The position numbers and the translations under genes were made by a program. From the NCBI RefSeq assembly GCF_030028105.1, contig NC_092396.1, forward strand, positions 3,286,001 through 3,350,000: DNA of 64,000 bases, in the 5' to 3' direction. Positions 37,537-50,974 of the stretch are shown here, piece by piece (positions within the stretch are counted from its first letter, which is position 1; every line of letters starts with the position of its first letter). A model generated the notes under the pieces. The model had not been told where the DNA came from and searched no databases. It saw nothing but the letters and a program-made list of their open reading frames with translations. This DNA comes from Mobula birostris. Its lineage: Eukaryota.

Positions 37537-40500
37537 CTGTGGGCAAGACGATGCCAGCATTACTATGATGTGTAGACAGAAAAATAAAGGATCAGCAAAC
37601 ACAAAGGAGGAAACGTATGTTTCAGTAAAAATTATATTTGTTCTTTCAACTTTACTTGTTCCACCGACCAAACAACTCACTTTCAAGGATGCTTCATCGC
37701 ACGTTCACGATATTTATTGCTTATTCATTATCATTTAATTATTTTTGCATTTACAGTTTGTTGTTTTTTTGCACATTGGTTGTTTGTCTGTAATGCTGGG
37801 TGAGGTCTTTCATTGATTCTATTGTGTTTCTTGGATTTACTGAGTCTGCCCGCAAGAAAACGAATCTCAAGGTTGTATATGGTGACATATGGGTACTTTG
37901 ATAATAAATTTACTTTTGGGCTTTTCCAACTGTTTTCAGTCCTTCAGTTTGCCATCTTTGGAGTTTTCTAACAGAGAGTAGCTTTTGTTTGGAAGTTGTG
38001 GACGTGTGCGTGGGGAGCGATTGACAGGTGCTCACCTGCTGGCAGGCGGCACTCTACCTAGGTGACAGTTGCCATAGACCAATCAGCAGGGAGAGGAGTG
38101 CCGAACTCCTACAATAGCCCTGCAGCCATTGATAATAAAACTACTTTGTCCTGTAACCAAAAATTAAATCCTAGGGATTTTAGTGGAATAGAAGGCCATG
38201 TTTCAGAAGTGCCTTAACAAATGAGTTGCATTTTTCTAACTGTGCGCATGTAATCACACTGGACTTTCAGGTATTTATTATTTGTCCATATAACAGATTT
38301 CTGCATGATGTCTAACAACAGAAATAATTATGGTAAATTTGGACACAATAAATAAAGCCACATCTGGCTAATAAACCATTTACTAACGATAATGAGATTG
38401 AAAGAGCACAGAGAAAATTTACAAGGATGTTGCTGGGACTTGAGGACTGGAATTATAGGGAAAGGTTGAATAGGCTATTACTTTATTCCCCAGAGCACAG
38501 AATAGGTGCTTCAATCTCTTTTATGCCATGGACCCCTACCATTAACTGAGATCTGTGGACCTCAGATTGGGAAACTCTGGCATGAGGGCATAGAAGAATG
38601 AGGGGAGATTTGGTAAAGGTATACCAAATTAGGTATGGAATAGATGGGGTAAGCACAAGCAGGCTTTTTTCCCCCAATGAAGCTGCCTGAGACTAGTACT
38701 AGAGATCATAGGCTGAGGGTGAAAGGTGACATGTTTAAAGGGGACATGAGAGGAAACTTCTTCACTCAGAGGGCAGTAAAAGTGTAAAACAAACTTCTAC
38801 TGTAAGTGGTGGATGTGGGCGTGATTTCAACATACAAGAGAAATTTCCGTAAGTACATGGATTGGAGGGGTATGGAGGGCTATGGTCCAGGTGCAAGTTG
38901 ATGGGACAAGGTAAAATAATAGTTTGGCAGGGACTAGATGGGCCAAATGGCCTGTTTTTGTGCATGCAGTGTTCCATACTCTATGATAAAGAATACCCTA
39001 AACTAGGCACAAGATTATATGCTTATACATTTTAGACATTCAAAGTCAAGTTTATTGTCACATGCACAAGCATATGTACAGGTATGCACAGGTGCAATGA
39101 AAAATTACAACACAGGCACATAGCTTCAGATAAGCAGCATTCATAAGAAAAAACTAATTAAATTTTTACGAGAACTGAATTAGAACAAGAAAAACAAAGC
39201 ACAGACACGAGGAATTCTGCAGATGCTGGAAATTCAAGCAACACACATCAAAGTTGCTGGTGAACGCAGCAGGCCAGGCAGCATCTCTAGGAAGAGGTAC
39301 AGTCGACGTTTCGGGCCAACACAAAGGCTAATTTAGTGCAAAGTGATTAGTAATTATCTTTGCAATTACTGTGTAATCAGAGAAGAAACAAACTTACCAA
39401 TTCTGTAACAGAATAATCTACCAGAGATGGGTGCTGGGACCTGCACTGTTAGTTGTATACATTAACAACTTGGATGTCTATGTAGGAAGCATGATGAGCA
39501 AATGTGCAGACGACACAAAATTAGTAGTGGGTTTGTTATAGAGAAGGGCAAACTTAAGTCACAGAATTATATTGATCAGCTGGAAAGCAGGGCAGATGAA
39601 TGGAAGATGTAATTTAATCGTGTTAAGTGTGAGGTGATACATTTTGGATGAAAATATAGGCAGGATATATACTGTGAATGATTGGTCCTTAGGGAATGTT
39701 GAAGTTCAAAGAGATACTGGTATAAAAGTCCTAAGGTGCCTGAAGTTGGCAGCACAGGCAGATGGTTCAGGATTCAGACACTCACTGACCACAACTCTGA
39801 AGTGATTCTATGACCTGTCTCACTTCAGCCCAGTATGATTGCACATACAGTTAGAAAATTCTGACTCACATTCAACTCATGTTCTTAGTTGTTATTTCTT
39901 CATTTGCACGGTTTGTCTTCTTTTGCACCTTGATTATTTGTCAGCCTTTGTCTGTTTATGTATAGTTTTTTTCATAAATTCTATTATACAATAATTTTTT
40001 ATTTTTCCTGTAAATGCCTTCAAAATAAGGTAACTTTAATAATACATTTACTTTGAACTTCAGCAACCTCTGGTAGGCTAATCAGAAACTGGGTTGAGTT
40101 TAGAGACCTAATACTGCCTTAGAAAGCTGCAGTTTACAGTCGTGAGTCGTTTACAGCCAGAGACAGAGTGTTGAAGAGGATGAGAAATTGAAATGATAAT
40201 ATTGCTTAGATGGGACAGAATGTTGGTTAGCAAAAACATGGATGAAGAGAAGATGGGACTTGATACACCCTGCAAACATTTTTGTGAAAGCATTGTATCT
40301 GAAACGTAACCCTTGTTTGAACCTTAATGCGCTAAAAGGAGATTGCGGCTGACATCCTAGGGAAGTCCACAGCAAGGACATGTCCTTAATGCACTTTGTT
40401 AGGGCACTGCTGCTACAGATTTGTAATCAGGCTAGCTTCAAGCCACCGTTCACCTCAAATCTTTTGAGGAGAACAGCCTTTCATACTTGCTTCCCTTCAT

Positions 40501-40710
40501 TACCACATGGCAAGGATTTTGAATGAAGCTCAAAGTAAATTTGTTATCAAAGTACGTACTGTACATTTCACAATGTATTACCCCGAGACTCACTTTCTTG
40601 CATTTACACAGAACAAAGAAATACAATAGAAACAATGAGAAACCACGTATAAGTAAAGACTGACAACCAATATGCAAATACTAAAAAAATGATAACAGCA
40701 ATAATAAAGA

Positions 40711-42312
40711 CAGTGCCTTGGAAAAGTTTTCAGCCCTGAACCGTTTGTTACACTAATTTTATTTATACACACACACACACTTCTTACTGTAATTTACAGT
40801 TTTCATTATGCATCGCAATGGACTGTTGCCACATAATAACAAACTTCACAACATATGCTGGTGATATTAAACCTGATTCTGATGAGTATTAGAACCAGAG
40901 ATTAACTGAGAATTTTTATCTGTGAATCACATGCTCTTTTTTCACAGTACAGCTCAAACAAAAACAGGGAAAATTGTAAAGCATGAAGCACTAAGAATTC
41001 AAAAACTGACATGCCAGCAGTTCAAAAGTATTCATCCCCCTTTGCTCAGTACTTTGTTGAACCACCTCTTATAGGACAGAGCAAGATTTGCCCACTCCTC
41101 TTTTCAAGGTTGCTCAAGCTGTGCCAGGTTAGTTGGGGAGCAGCGGTGGACAGTGATTTTGAGGACTTGCCAGAGAAGTTTGATCGGGTTAAGGTCAGGA
41201 CTCTGAGTGGGCTACTCAAGGAGATCACTTGAAGCCATTCCATAGTTTCTCTGGCAATATGCTTTGGTTCATTGTCCTGTTGAAAGATGAACTTCCTCCA
41301 CAGTTTAAATTTTTCTGGCAGAGGCTAGCATTCATCTTCCCATCAATCCTGACTAGATTTCCAGTCCCTGCTGCTGAAAAACATCCCCACAGCAGGATGC
41401 TACCTCCACCATACTTTACAGTAGGGATGATGTTACCTGGCTGACACACAATATTAGATTCACACCACATGTACTGCTTAGTGTTGAGGCTAAAATGTTC
41501 CACTTTAGTCTCAACTGACCACAAGACCTTCTTCCACATCTTTACAGTATCTTCTACGTGACACTTTACAAAATGTTTACAAGCAATGATATGCTTTTTT
41601 ATAGCCAGGGCTTCTTCCTTGTCACTTTTCCATAAATACTCTTTTTGTGCAAGGCCTTAGAGACTTTGGACCATGAACTTCATCTCCAATTGCAGCCAAC
41701 GACTTCTGCAGTTCACTCAGTGACTGTTGGCATCACTGTAGCCTCTCTTACAAGCGCCATTCTTCAGTGGCGACTAAGCTTAGAAGGGCAGCCTGACCTA
41801 GGCAGTAAGGTTTTTAACGATGGACTGCACTGAGCTCTAAGGGATGTTCAGTGCTTTTGAGATGCTCTTATACCTTTCCCTAGATTTGTGCATCTCTATT
41901 ATCATTTCCTTGACTTGTCTTGAATGCTCTTTTGTCTTCATTTTGGTTTAGTCTGTTGGAAATCCACCATACTGTTGGACCTTACAGAGAGAGGAGATAT
42001 TTATCATTGAAAACAGGTGATCCACCACTTTTCGACATGAACAAATTGGGTGAGTAGATAAGGTAAATATTGCTGCTGAGGAAAGTTAGCACAGTAATTA
42101 CAAAGGAGATGAATACTTTTTCAGCCTCACAATTTTTGTTTTTAACTTTTAGTAAAGCGTTGACAAGTTTTGGATTTTTAAAAATTTGACACGATGCACA
42201 ATGTTTTGTAGAGTAGCTCAAAAAATCCTACTTCAATATATTTTAAATTTAGAAAATGGGACAATAAAATGTGAAAATAGTTGTATGAGCTGAATACTTT
42301 TTCAAGGCACTG
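40711..42312 (-). mobile_element. Near-full-length dead Tc1 transposon
   Basis: TIRs CAGTGCCTTG-AAAAGT-TTCAGC at both ends, followed by TA on the right; transposase relic 41941->41046 (MKTKEHS..., [37 protein letters not shown]) with stops and frameshifts. Confidence 0.92.
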
Positions 42313-42764
42313 TAATACTGAGAACATGAGTTGTAAAGTCCTTGAAAATGAGTCTGTGGATTGTAGAAGCAGTTCGGAGTTCAGATGAGTGAGGTTATTC
42401 ATGCTGGCTCAAGAGCTGATGATTGAGGGGTAATAGCTGTTCCTCAATCTGGTTGTTTGGGACCTAAAGTTCCTGCTACCCAATGGCAGCAACGAAAAGA
42501 GAGCATGACCTAGATGGTGGGGTACCTAACAGAAAACACGTTTCCTTGCCTTATACTGATAACTGCTGGTTCAGAACTGAATTTTACAGACCAGAACTAA
42601 GACCTCATTTCAACTGATTTACTATTTGCATTTTGGTGCAACAAAGAGAAAATTTCGAGAGATACAATGACAAGCAAAGCCCAGTTGGACCCTCAACGTG
42701 ACCAGGCAATTAAGTGTAAAATCTGAAGCACAATATTATGTTATTGCTGAAGCGAATTACTCAC

Positions 42765-42807
42765 GTTTACAAAGTCCCCTCCTTGTATCATAAAATCCTT
42801 GATGACT
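42765..42807 (-). CDS. PPIH: PPIH exon 5 (VIKDFMIQGGDFVN)
   Basis: 43 nt, tttcag acceptor, GTGAGT donor; FMIQGGDF cyclophilin signature. Confidence 0.97.
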
Positions 42808-43546
42808 CTGAAAGAATTGAACGGAGCACAGTTTAATGGCACTGCAGAAACATGACTTGTTAGAAACACAAACAACAGGAAATCTGCAGATGCTGCGTTC
42901 ACCAGCAACTTTTATGTGTGTTGTTAGAAACACTCCTGTTCTGTTACATGTCCTATTAGAAACACTCATAAATGTAGTCAAAATTCTAATGAGCATGACG
43001 CAAAATTAAAAGATTGTTAAACTACTAGAATTACTCAGCCAGTGAGTTGGTATCTGTCCTCAGAATGTTTCATGTGGAATTACTGGAGAACAGGATTTAA
43101 AACTGAACAGAACAAAGGTAGCGTAAATTCAAATTTAAATTTATTTATCACACGTACGTCATAACATAGGTTTGCATTAACAACCAACACAACCAAAGAA
43201 TGTGCTGTCTAGCCCCTTGAACATTCGAAAGGTTTCAATGAGATCCCCTCATCCTTCTAAATTTCAGCAAGTATAGGCCCAGAGCCAAATTTGTGAACAT
43301 CCTCTGAATCTTCTCCAATGCCAGCGCATCTTTTCTTAGATAATGAACCCAAATACTGAAGGTGAGGCCTCACCAGTGCCTTATAAAGCCTCAGCATCAC
43401 ATCCCTGCTCTTGTATTCTGGACCTCACCACTGACTCAACCTGCAAGTTAACCTTTAAGGTGTTCTGCACAAGGACTCCTAAGTTCCTTTGCATCACAGA
43501 TTTTAGACTTTCATCCCATTTAGAAAATAGTCTGCACATTTATTTC

Positions 43547-43549
<3 letters not shown>

Positions 43550-43599
<50 letters not shown>

Positions 43600-43860
43600 C
43601 TCCCTTAATTCCTGGTGGAGTCGTCGGGGCACCGTCATGGCAAGCTTTTTGGCATGCTCATCGTACATCGTACGGCGTGTCTTGGGCATTTGAAACCTGG
43701 CAAAGCCCATCCCTCTCCAGGTTTTTTTTTACGAGATTGAGTTGTTAGCTTGACACTCAACCCAGGCACGGATAGAGAGCATGGAAGGGAGCCGGCCGGA
43801 TTCGAATTCGGGACCCCTCATCCTGAAGTCCAGCGCTGATGCCACTATGCCACCAGCCGG
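43550..43860 (-). mobile_element. tRNA-derived SINE with (CA)n tail, nested in CR1
   Basis: A box TGGCATAGTGG (43852-43842) and B-box-like GAATTCGAATCC (43809-43798); (TG)n at 43550-43596. Confidence 0.75.
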
Positions 43861-45554
43861 CTTCCATGCATTTTCCAACATTGTATTTCATTTGCCACAT
43901 CCTTGCCCATTCTCCCAATCTGTCTAAGTCCTTCTGCAGCCTACCTGTTTCCTCAATACAACCTGCCCCTCTACCAATCTTCATATCATCTGCAAACTTG
44001 GCAACAAGGCCATCAATTCCATCATCTAAATCATAGATATAATGCATAAAAAGAAGTGATCCCAACACCGACCTCTGCAGACCACTAGTCAGTGGCAGCC
44101 AAGAAAAGGATCCTTTTATTCCTACTCACTACCTCCTACCAATCAGCCAAAGCTCTAACCATGCCAGTAACTTTCCTGTAATTCCATGAGCTCTTAACTT
44201 GGTAAGTAGCCTCATGTGTGGCACCTTGTCAAAGGCCTTCTGAAAATCCAAATATACAACATCCACTGCAACCCGTTTATCTACCCCACTTGTGATCTCC
44301 TCAAAGAACTCCAACAGTTTCTTCAGGCAAGATTTTACCTTAAGGAAACCATGCTGACTTTGTCCTATCTTGTCCTGTGTTACCAAGTACTTCCGTAACC
44401 TCATCCGTAACAATTGACTCCAAATTTTCCCAACCACTGAGGTCAGGCTAACTGGTCTGTAATTTCCTCACCGCTGCCTCCCTCCTTTCTTCTTAAAGAG
44501 TGACATCTACAATTTTCCAGTTCTCTGGAACCATGCCAGAGACCAAAATGATTCTTGAAGGAACACTAATAATGCCTCCACAATCTCCACTGCTACCTCT
44601 TTCAAAACCCTTGGGTGCAGTTCATCTGGTCCAGGTGACATATGTGCCTTTAGGTCTTTCAGCTTTTTCAGCACCTTCTCCCTTGTAATAGTAATAGCAC
44701 TCACTTCTCTTCGCTCACACCCTTCAACACCTGGCACATTGATAGAGTCTTCCTTAGTGAAGACTGATGCAAAATACTCATTTAGTTTATCTGCTATCTT
44801 CTTGACCCCATTAGTTTTTCTCCGGCCTCATTTTCTAGCAGTCCTATATCCACTCTCATCTCTCATTCATTTTTATATACTTGAAAACACTTTTTATATC
44901 CACCTTGATGTTGTTTGCTAGCTTGCTTTCATAATTTCACCTTTTCTCTCTTAATGATTCTTTTAGTTGTTTTCTGTAGTTTTTTTAAAAGCTTCCCAAT
45001 CTTCTATCTTCCCACTAATTTTTGCTTTGTGGTATGCCCTCTCGTTTGCTTTTACATTAGCTTTGACTTCCCTTGTCAGCCATGTTGTACTATATTGCTA
45101 TTTGAGTATTTTGTTGTTTTTCAAATAGATTTATCTTGAACCTTTGTCGTTTTTCCCAGAAACTCAAGCTATTGCTAATCTGCTGTCATCCCTGCCAGCA
45201 TCTCCTTCCAATTTACTTTAGCCAACTTCTCTTTCATACCACTGTGATTTCCTTCCTGCTATGTCAGACTTTACTTTCTCCCCATCAAATTTTAAGTTGA
45301 ACTCAGTCATATAATGATCTATGCCTCTTAAGGATTTCTTTACCTTAAGCTCCCGAAACACCTCTAATTCATTACATAACACTCTATCCAGTGTAGCCGA
45401 TCCCCTAGCAGGCTCAACTACAAGCTGCTCTAAAAAGCCATCTCGTAGGCATTCAATAACTTCACTCTGTTGAGATCCATTACCACCCTAATTTTCCCAA
45501 TCTACTTGCAAGTTAAAATCTCCTATGACTATCATAACATTGTCCCTTTGTGTT

Positions 45555-45770
45555 GGGCACGTGGCCAAGTGGTTAAGGCGTTCGTCTAGTTACCTCAAGA
45601 TTGCTAGTTCGAGCCTCAGCTGTGGCAGCGTGTTTGTGCCCTCGAGCAAGGCTCTTAATCACACATTGCTCTAGTCTGTGTCCCACACAGACTTCCAATC
45701 TGCGCCTTGTAAGGCATGAAAATGCCCGACGCAGGCCTCTCATGGTCTGAGTCGACATTCCCCCTCCCCG
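45555..45770 (+). mobile_element. tRNA-derived SINE nested in CR1
   Basis: A box TGGCCAAGTGG-TTAAGGCG (45562), B-box-like AGTTCGAGCC (45606); CR1 sequence resumes on both sides. Confidence 0.75.
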
Positions 45771-48286
45771 TTTGACATGTTTTCCTATTTCATGTTGTAT
45801 TCTGCAGTCCACATCCCAGCTACTGTTTGGAGGCCTGTATATAACTGCCATCAGGGTCCTTTTACCTTGCAGTTTCTTAACTCAACCTGCAAGGATTCAA
45901 CATTTTCCGATCCTATGTCACATCCTTCTACTGGTTTGATGCCATTCTTTACCACCAGAGCCATGCCCTCACCCACCTTCCTATCCCACCAATAACCTTG
46001 AACATTCAGCTCCCAACTACAACTATCCCTCAGCCACCAAGAGATCCCAATGATCCAAGTACCTGAAGTCCTGTCCCCACATTTATAAGCTAAATCATCT
46101 TGTTTCTACCCTCACTGGCACACAGCACAGGTAGCAATCCAGGAATTACTACACTGAAGGTCCTGGTTCTCAGTTTTCTGCCTAGCTCTCTAAATTCTCT
46201 CTTCAGGACCTCTTTGCATTTCCTTCCAATGTCATTAGTACCAAGATGTACGAAGACATTTGGTTGCTCCCTCCATCTCTCCAAAATACTGTGGATGTGA
46301 TCTGAGATGTCCCTGACCCTGGCATTTGGGAGGCAACATATCATTCAGGTGTCCAATTCACGCCCAAAGAATCTCCAGTCTGTTCCTCTGACTACTGGGT
46401 CCCCCGTCACTACCACTCCCCTCTTCTCCCTCTTTCCTTTTTGTACCATGGAATCATGCTCAGTGCCTGTAACCTGGTCTCCATGGCATTCCCCTGGGAG
46501 GTCATTCCCCCATAACAGTACCTAAAACTGTATATTTATTATTGAGCAGAATCGCCACAGGGGTGCTCTGCACTAACTGCCCATTCACCGTCCCATTCCT
46601 TCTCCCGACAGTCACCCAGAGGAAACCCATGCAGTCAAGCTCCTTACAGACAGCAGCAGGAGTTGAAAACTGACTTCATGGACAGCGCTGTAATCATGTA
46701 ATGCTAACCACTATGCTACCAGTATTTTGTTAGAAAGATATAAAATGAATGAACAAGAGGCCTGACAACCAAGAAATCAAACTGATGCTATACAACTTCC
46801 ACCACCTCTCGTTGCCAGCCATACATGCAGCTCAATAAACTGGTTAAATACACTGAGTTTAGCTGCAGGATTACCATGGTGATGTTTACACACCAGGCAC
46901 CCGAGCAAGAATGTCCGACAAGCTGGATAATACTGAACATACATTTACTTTTTTTTGCAGATCAGAATCACAGTAAAGGTAAAATGATACAGTATATACA
47001 GCTGTGCCTTTATTCCTCATGAATTATTTAACATAGAAAAAAATCATGGTGAGCCTGTGGAAAAACGCTTCAGATTGAAGGAATTTCAGCTGCAAGGTTA
47101 GACTGGAGAAGCCGGTGGTGTTCTGCTTGGAACAAGTAAAATGCAGAGATTTATTAGAGGTGTTGGACATCTTGTGGGGATTAAAAAGGTAAAGAGTGAT
47201 GCCATTAGTGAAAGGCTGGAGGAGCAGAGAGCACAAAGCAGACACAGCAGATTGTAGATGCTGGAGTCTGGGGCAAGAATTTGCTGGAGGTATTCAGCAC
47301 TGGGGGAGGTGGGAGGTGGGGTGGGGAAAAGAGAAGTTTTGCTGATGTTTCCGGTCAAAAGCCCTGACTAAGAGTTTCATGTGGCTCAATGTGAAATTCA
47401 TCGCCACAGGTGGTTGTGCAGGTTGACTTATCTAGTAGACTGTTGCCACAGGTTCAGATTGATGGACAAATGCCGAATCAGAATCAGGTTTAATATCACC
47501 GGTAGATGTCATGAAATTCGTTGTTTTGTGGCATGTTAATACACAATAACTAAAAATTGCAATAAATAACTGACCAATTGACCTACTAATACATCTAGCT
47601 GCTGTGACATGCAACATTAAACAATATTCAAAAATGATGTAGAATACAGAATTATATAAAAAATAAACTTAGAGATTAAGTATAGATATGGAACAAAATA
47701 TGCATAAATACATAAATACCAGCATGTGTTTACAATGTTAACAGCTTTATCAAAAGTGGTTTGAAGTGTTTACAGTCCAGTGTCTGGAGGTAACAGATAG
47801 ACGTGTTGGGAGTGGTTAACTAGAATGGCTGATTAGATTACATGTCTGAGGGAAGAAACAGTACCGTCAGGTAGCAGTTTGTGTGACATTATTGGAGCTT
47901 AGGGCATCAAAAGTTTGGAGTTCAATTCCCACGCCATCTGTAAGGAGTTTGTATGCTCTCTTTCCTGACATGTGAGCTTCCTCTCACATTCCGAGAACAT
48001 ACCGGTAAGGAGGTTAATTGCTGATTGGAAAATGCCCTATGATTAGGGCAGGGTTAAGTAGGTGGGTTGATGGGTGACGCGGTTTGTTGATAGCGCTTTA
48101 GGGCTTTTCAAAAGGGAGGTCTTGGAAAACGCAGTTTGCTGGGTGGGTTGTGTCTTGCAATATTTACCCAATTTTCCTTGGCAGCGATGCAGGTTCTAAT
48201 GGAATGGTGATTGATTCTGATCTCTAGTCATGAAACAATGCCAAAATACAAAATCCAATGCTGTAAATTAAAATGCACTATCATAC

Positions 48287-48331
48287 CTGTGAAATGTACT
48301 TCCTTTGTAACCTACAGGAACCCCGTCCTTC
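48287..48331 (-). CDS. PPIH: PPIH exon 4 (KDGVPVGYKGSTFHR)
   Basis: 45 nt, catcag acceptor, GTATGA donor. Confidence 0.97.
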
Positions 48332-48617
48332 CTGATGGAACAAAACAAAAATCACTTTTAATCTATGGTGTCAGTAAGTCCCAAGTTCTTGAAACTAACA
48401 TGGTGTTAATCTTTTAAGTCTGCACTTCCAACTTAAAGTAACTCCATTCCAAAATCATTAGAGGCCAGCAAAAGGGTATGAAATAATTGCACTGAATAGA
48501 TAAGATACAGGCAGCCAAACCATTTTTAAGAAAAGCTGCCGGCGTTTAGTCACATTCCTTTCAGCAACAGGTTCAAGATTCAGGTTTACTTATCACACGT
48601 ACATCAAAACATAGGGG

Positions 48618-48997
48618 TGTTGGGGTGGAGATACGTGTCTACCAATGGAAGTATGAAGTCTTCTTTCCCTAAACTAGCCTGCAGGTCACCCTTGGGCAAG
48701 GTGTAGCACCTGCTTAGACCCCCATCCCCCTAATGAGGGTCACATGACACCAAGGGAGCTGGTGGTGGATGGTCATATGAGCAGCCTGTGCATATCACAA
48801 GTCCTGGTTAAGTGACCACTGACGCCAGGCAGACAATCTCTGATAATGGCTGGGGTCACCTGTCTTGTAAAGACACTGCCCAGAAGGAAATGGCAACCAC
48901 TTCTGTAGAAAAATTTGACAAGAACAATTATGGTCAAGGATGCAAGACCATGATTGTCTATGTCATACCACACGGCACAGAATGATGATGCTGATGG
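48618..48997 (+). mobile_element. RTE/BovB-related short non-autonomous element
   Basis: GAAGGAAATGGCAACCAC motif as in Bov-A-type elements, with a GAT-repeat tail; second copy at 61113-61490 (-). Confidence 0.6.
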
Positions 48998-49439
48998 CAT
49001 CAAAACATACAGAGAAATACATCTTTCGCACTTAACATATGACTTTGAGTTCTTAGTTAAATGATCCTTGTTCTGTAACAGGAAGTTAAAGAAATGTCAA
49101 GTGTCACCACACATTCTGGTGCCAACATAACATGCCCACCACGTTCAGCAAAACAACACAGAACCCAAAAGTAACAAGTAACAGTAAAGCAAGCTCCTTT
49201 CCTCCCACCCACATATGCAACCCCAAGATAGTCAGTATTCTTTGGCCTCCAGTGGACTCTCATTTGGAAGCAGACACTGGGCCTTCGACTACCCCAGCTG
49301 ATTCGCAGACGTGCGGTATATAAAAGATCCCATTATTTAATCAATTGCAATGGCATGTCTTAATTATTTTGTGCTAATCTACACAAGGTCAATAGTTAAG
49401 AAGGTAGGTAGAATAAGACTGAAGTGGTGACTTCATTGC

Positions 49440-50080
49440 TATGGTGACAGATAGATCCTCTGGTCTATATGGAGCTGATTCATGGATCAGCTACAGTCAG
49501 CACCTAAAAGCCCTGAAACAGTAACACCAAAGAGTCTTATGAAAGATTTTGACGATCAGCTGAAAGAACAGACACACCGGCGTACTGGGGGAGGTCAACG
49601 AACTACATCTCCATCATGATAAATCGCTCCAACTCCGATGGATAGGTCACGTTGTTCGGATGCCTAACTTACGTCTCCCCAAACAGATCCTGTGCTCCAA
49701 GATGAAGGACGGTCAGCGAGCCCCTGGTGGGCAAAGGAAACTCTTCAAAGATAACATCAATATCGGCCTGAAGAATTTCAACAATGGAAGGAGAAAAACT
49801 GGGAAGACATTGCACTCAATAGATTCACCTGGAGGAAATCTGCTCAAGAGCAGCCTGTGTTACATGAGAGCAACCTCCACTACGCCAGAGTGCAAGCGGC
49901 AACTGCAAAAGGACAGACTGAACAACCAAACGACCCGACCACTAACCACAGCCACCACTTACTCTTACTCACACTTCACCAGAATATGTGGATCCCAGAT
50001 AGGCCTCTACCATCAGCTGAGGACCCACCAAGATAACCCCTTAGGAGATCATACTTGACGGAGTGATTGCACTACTGAGA
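49440..50080 (+). mobile_element. RTE-clade LINE 3' fragment
   Basis: RWIGHVVRMPNLRLPKQIL...GQRAPGGQRKLFKD and terminal RICGSQIGLYHQLRTH. Confidence 0.85.
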
Positions 50081-50974
50081 CACAACTCTTCTTATACTGT
50101 ATGTAGTGCTCTGCACTGTGTGAAGTTCGGTGATCCGTCATCTGATTTTAGCCCTGCAGCCGTGGTTGGGGATTAGGAGACGGTGACAGTAGAACATCAA
50201 CATCAACCAGCAGGTCTTTGACCACTGAACAACTCCTCCCAGCAAAAACCTTTACATTATCTTTGTGGAACGGAATAAAGCTCAACAACTTGGTTTACCC
50301 AAGGACAGACAATGCGCAATTTCAGGAAAGAAAGCAAAATAATATGTACATATGTAGCCATTGAGTTAAGTTATTAGTCCATTCGAGGAAATATGATCTG
50401 GCAATTTTGCATCATTGATTTCAAGGCAAAAGAGCCAGCTCATCTACTGATCAAAAACACACGAGATTCTGCAGGTGCTGGAACTCCAGAGCAACACAGA
50501 CATACTGGAGGAACTCAACAAGGCAGGCAGCATCAATGGAAGGGAATAAACAGTCGACATTTTGGGCTGAGGCCTTCATCAGGTAATGAAAATCTTTTCA
50601 TTACTGTGAATATTGGGTAAACTGAATTTTTTCTATATCTCAAATAAAACTTTATTCTTGATAAAAAAAATTACAAAAATAAACTGTACAATGCCTTCTC
50701 AATTACTTTCATAGTCAACACATTAAGTTGTGTTCTATTACATTCCTTAGAACCAAAAGAACTGGGTAAACTGAATAACTGGTTTGTGAACTAGACTCAG
50801 ATTAGATTTTTTGTCATATACTGCAGGTTGCAATGAAATTTCTTACTTGTGTGTTTTTACTCTGTAAGCTTCACCTGAGCGTAGAATTACATTGTACTGC
50901 ATCTAGTTTTCAAAACTCTTAAGAACACCAAATCAAGGCCAAATACTCCACATGTAAACAAAGCTTAGACTGAC

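Larger units (their letters stand above)
43215..46600 (-). mobile_element. Long decayed CR1 LINE (ORF1 esterase + ORF2), PPIH intron 4
   Basis: VHLGTNDIG (ORF 46090..46344); YLDFQKAFDKVPH and KFADDMKIG RT motifs. Confidence 0.92.

Noticed and set aside
45555-45630. Possible tRNA gene
   Set aside because: No complete cloverleaf or oligo-T terminator; it continues into a SINE body inside a CR1.
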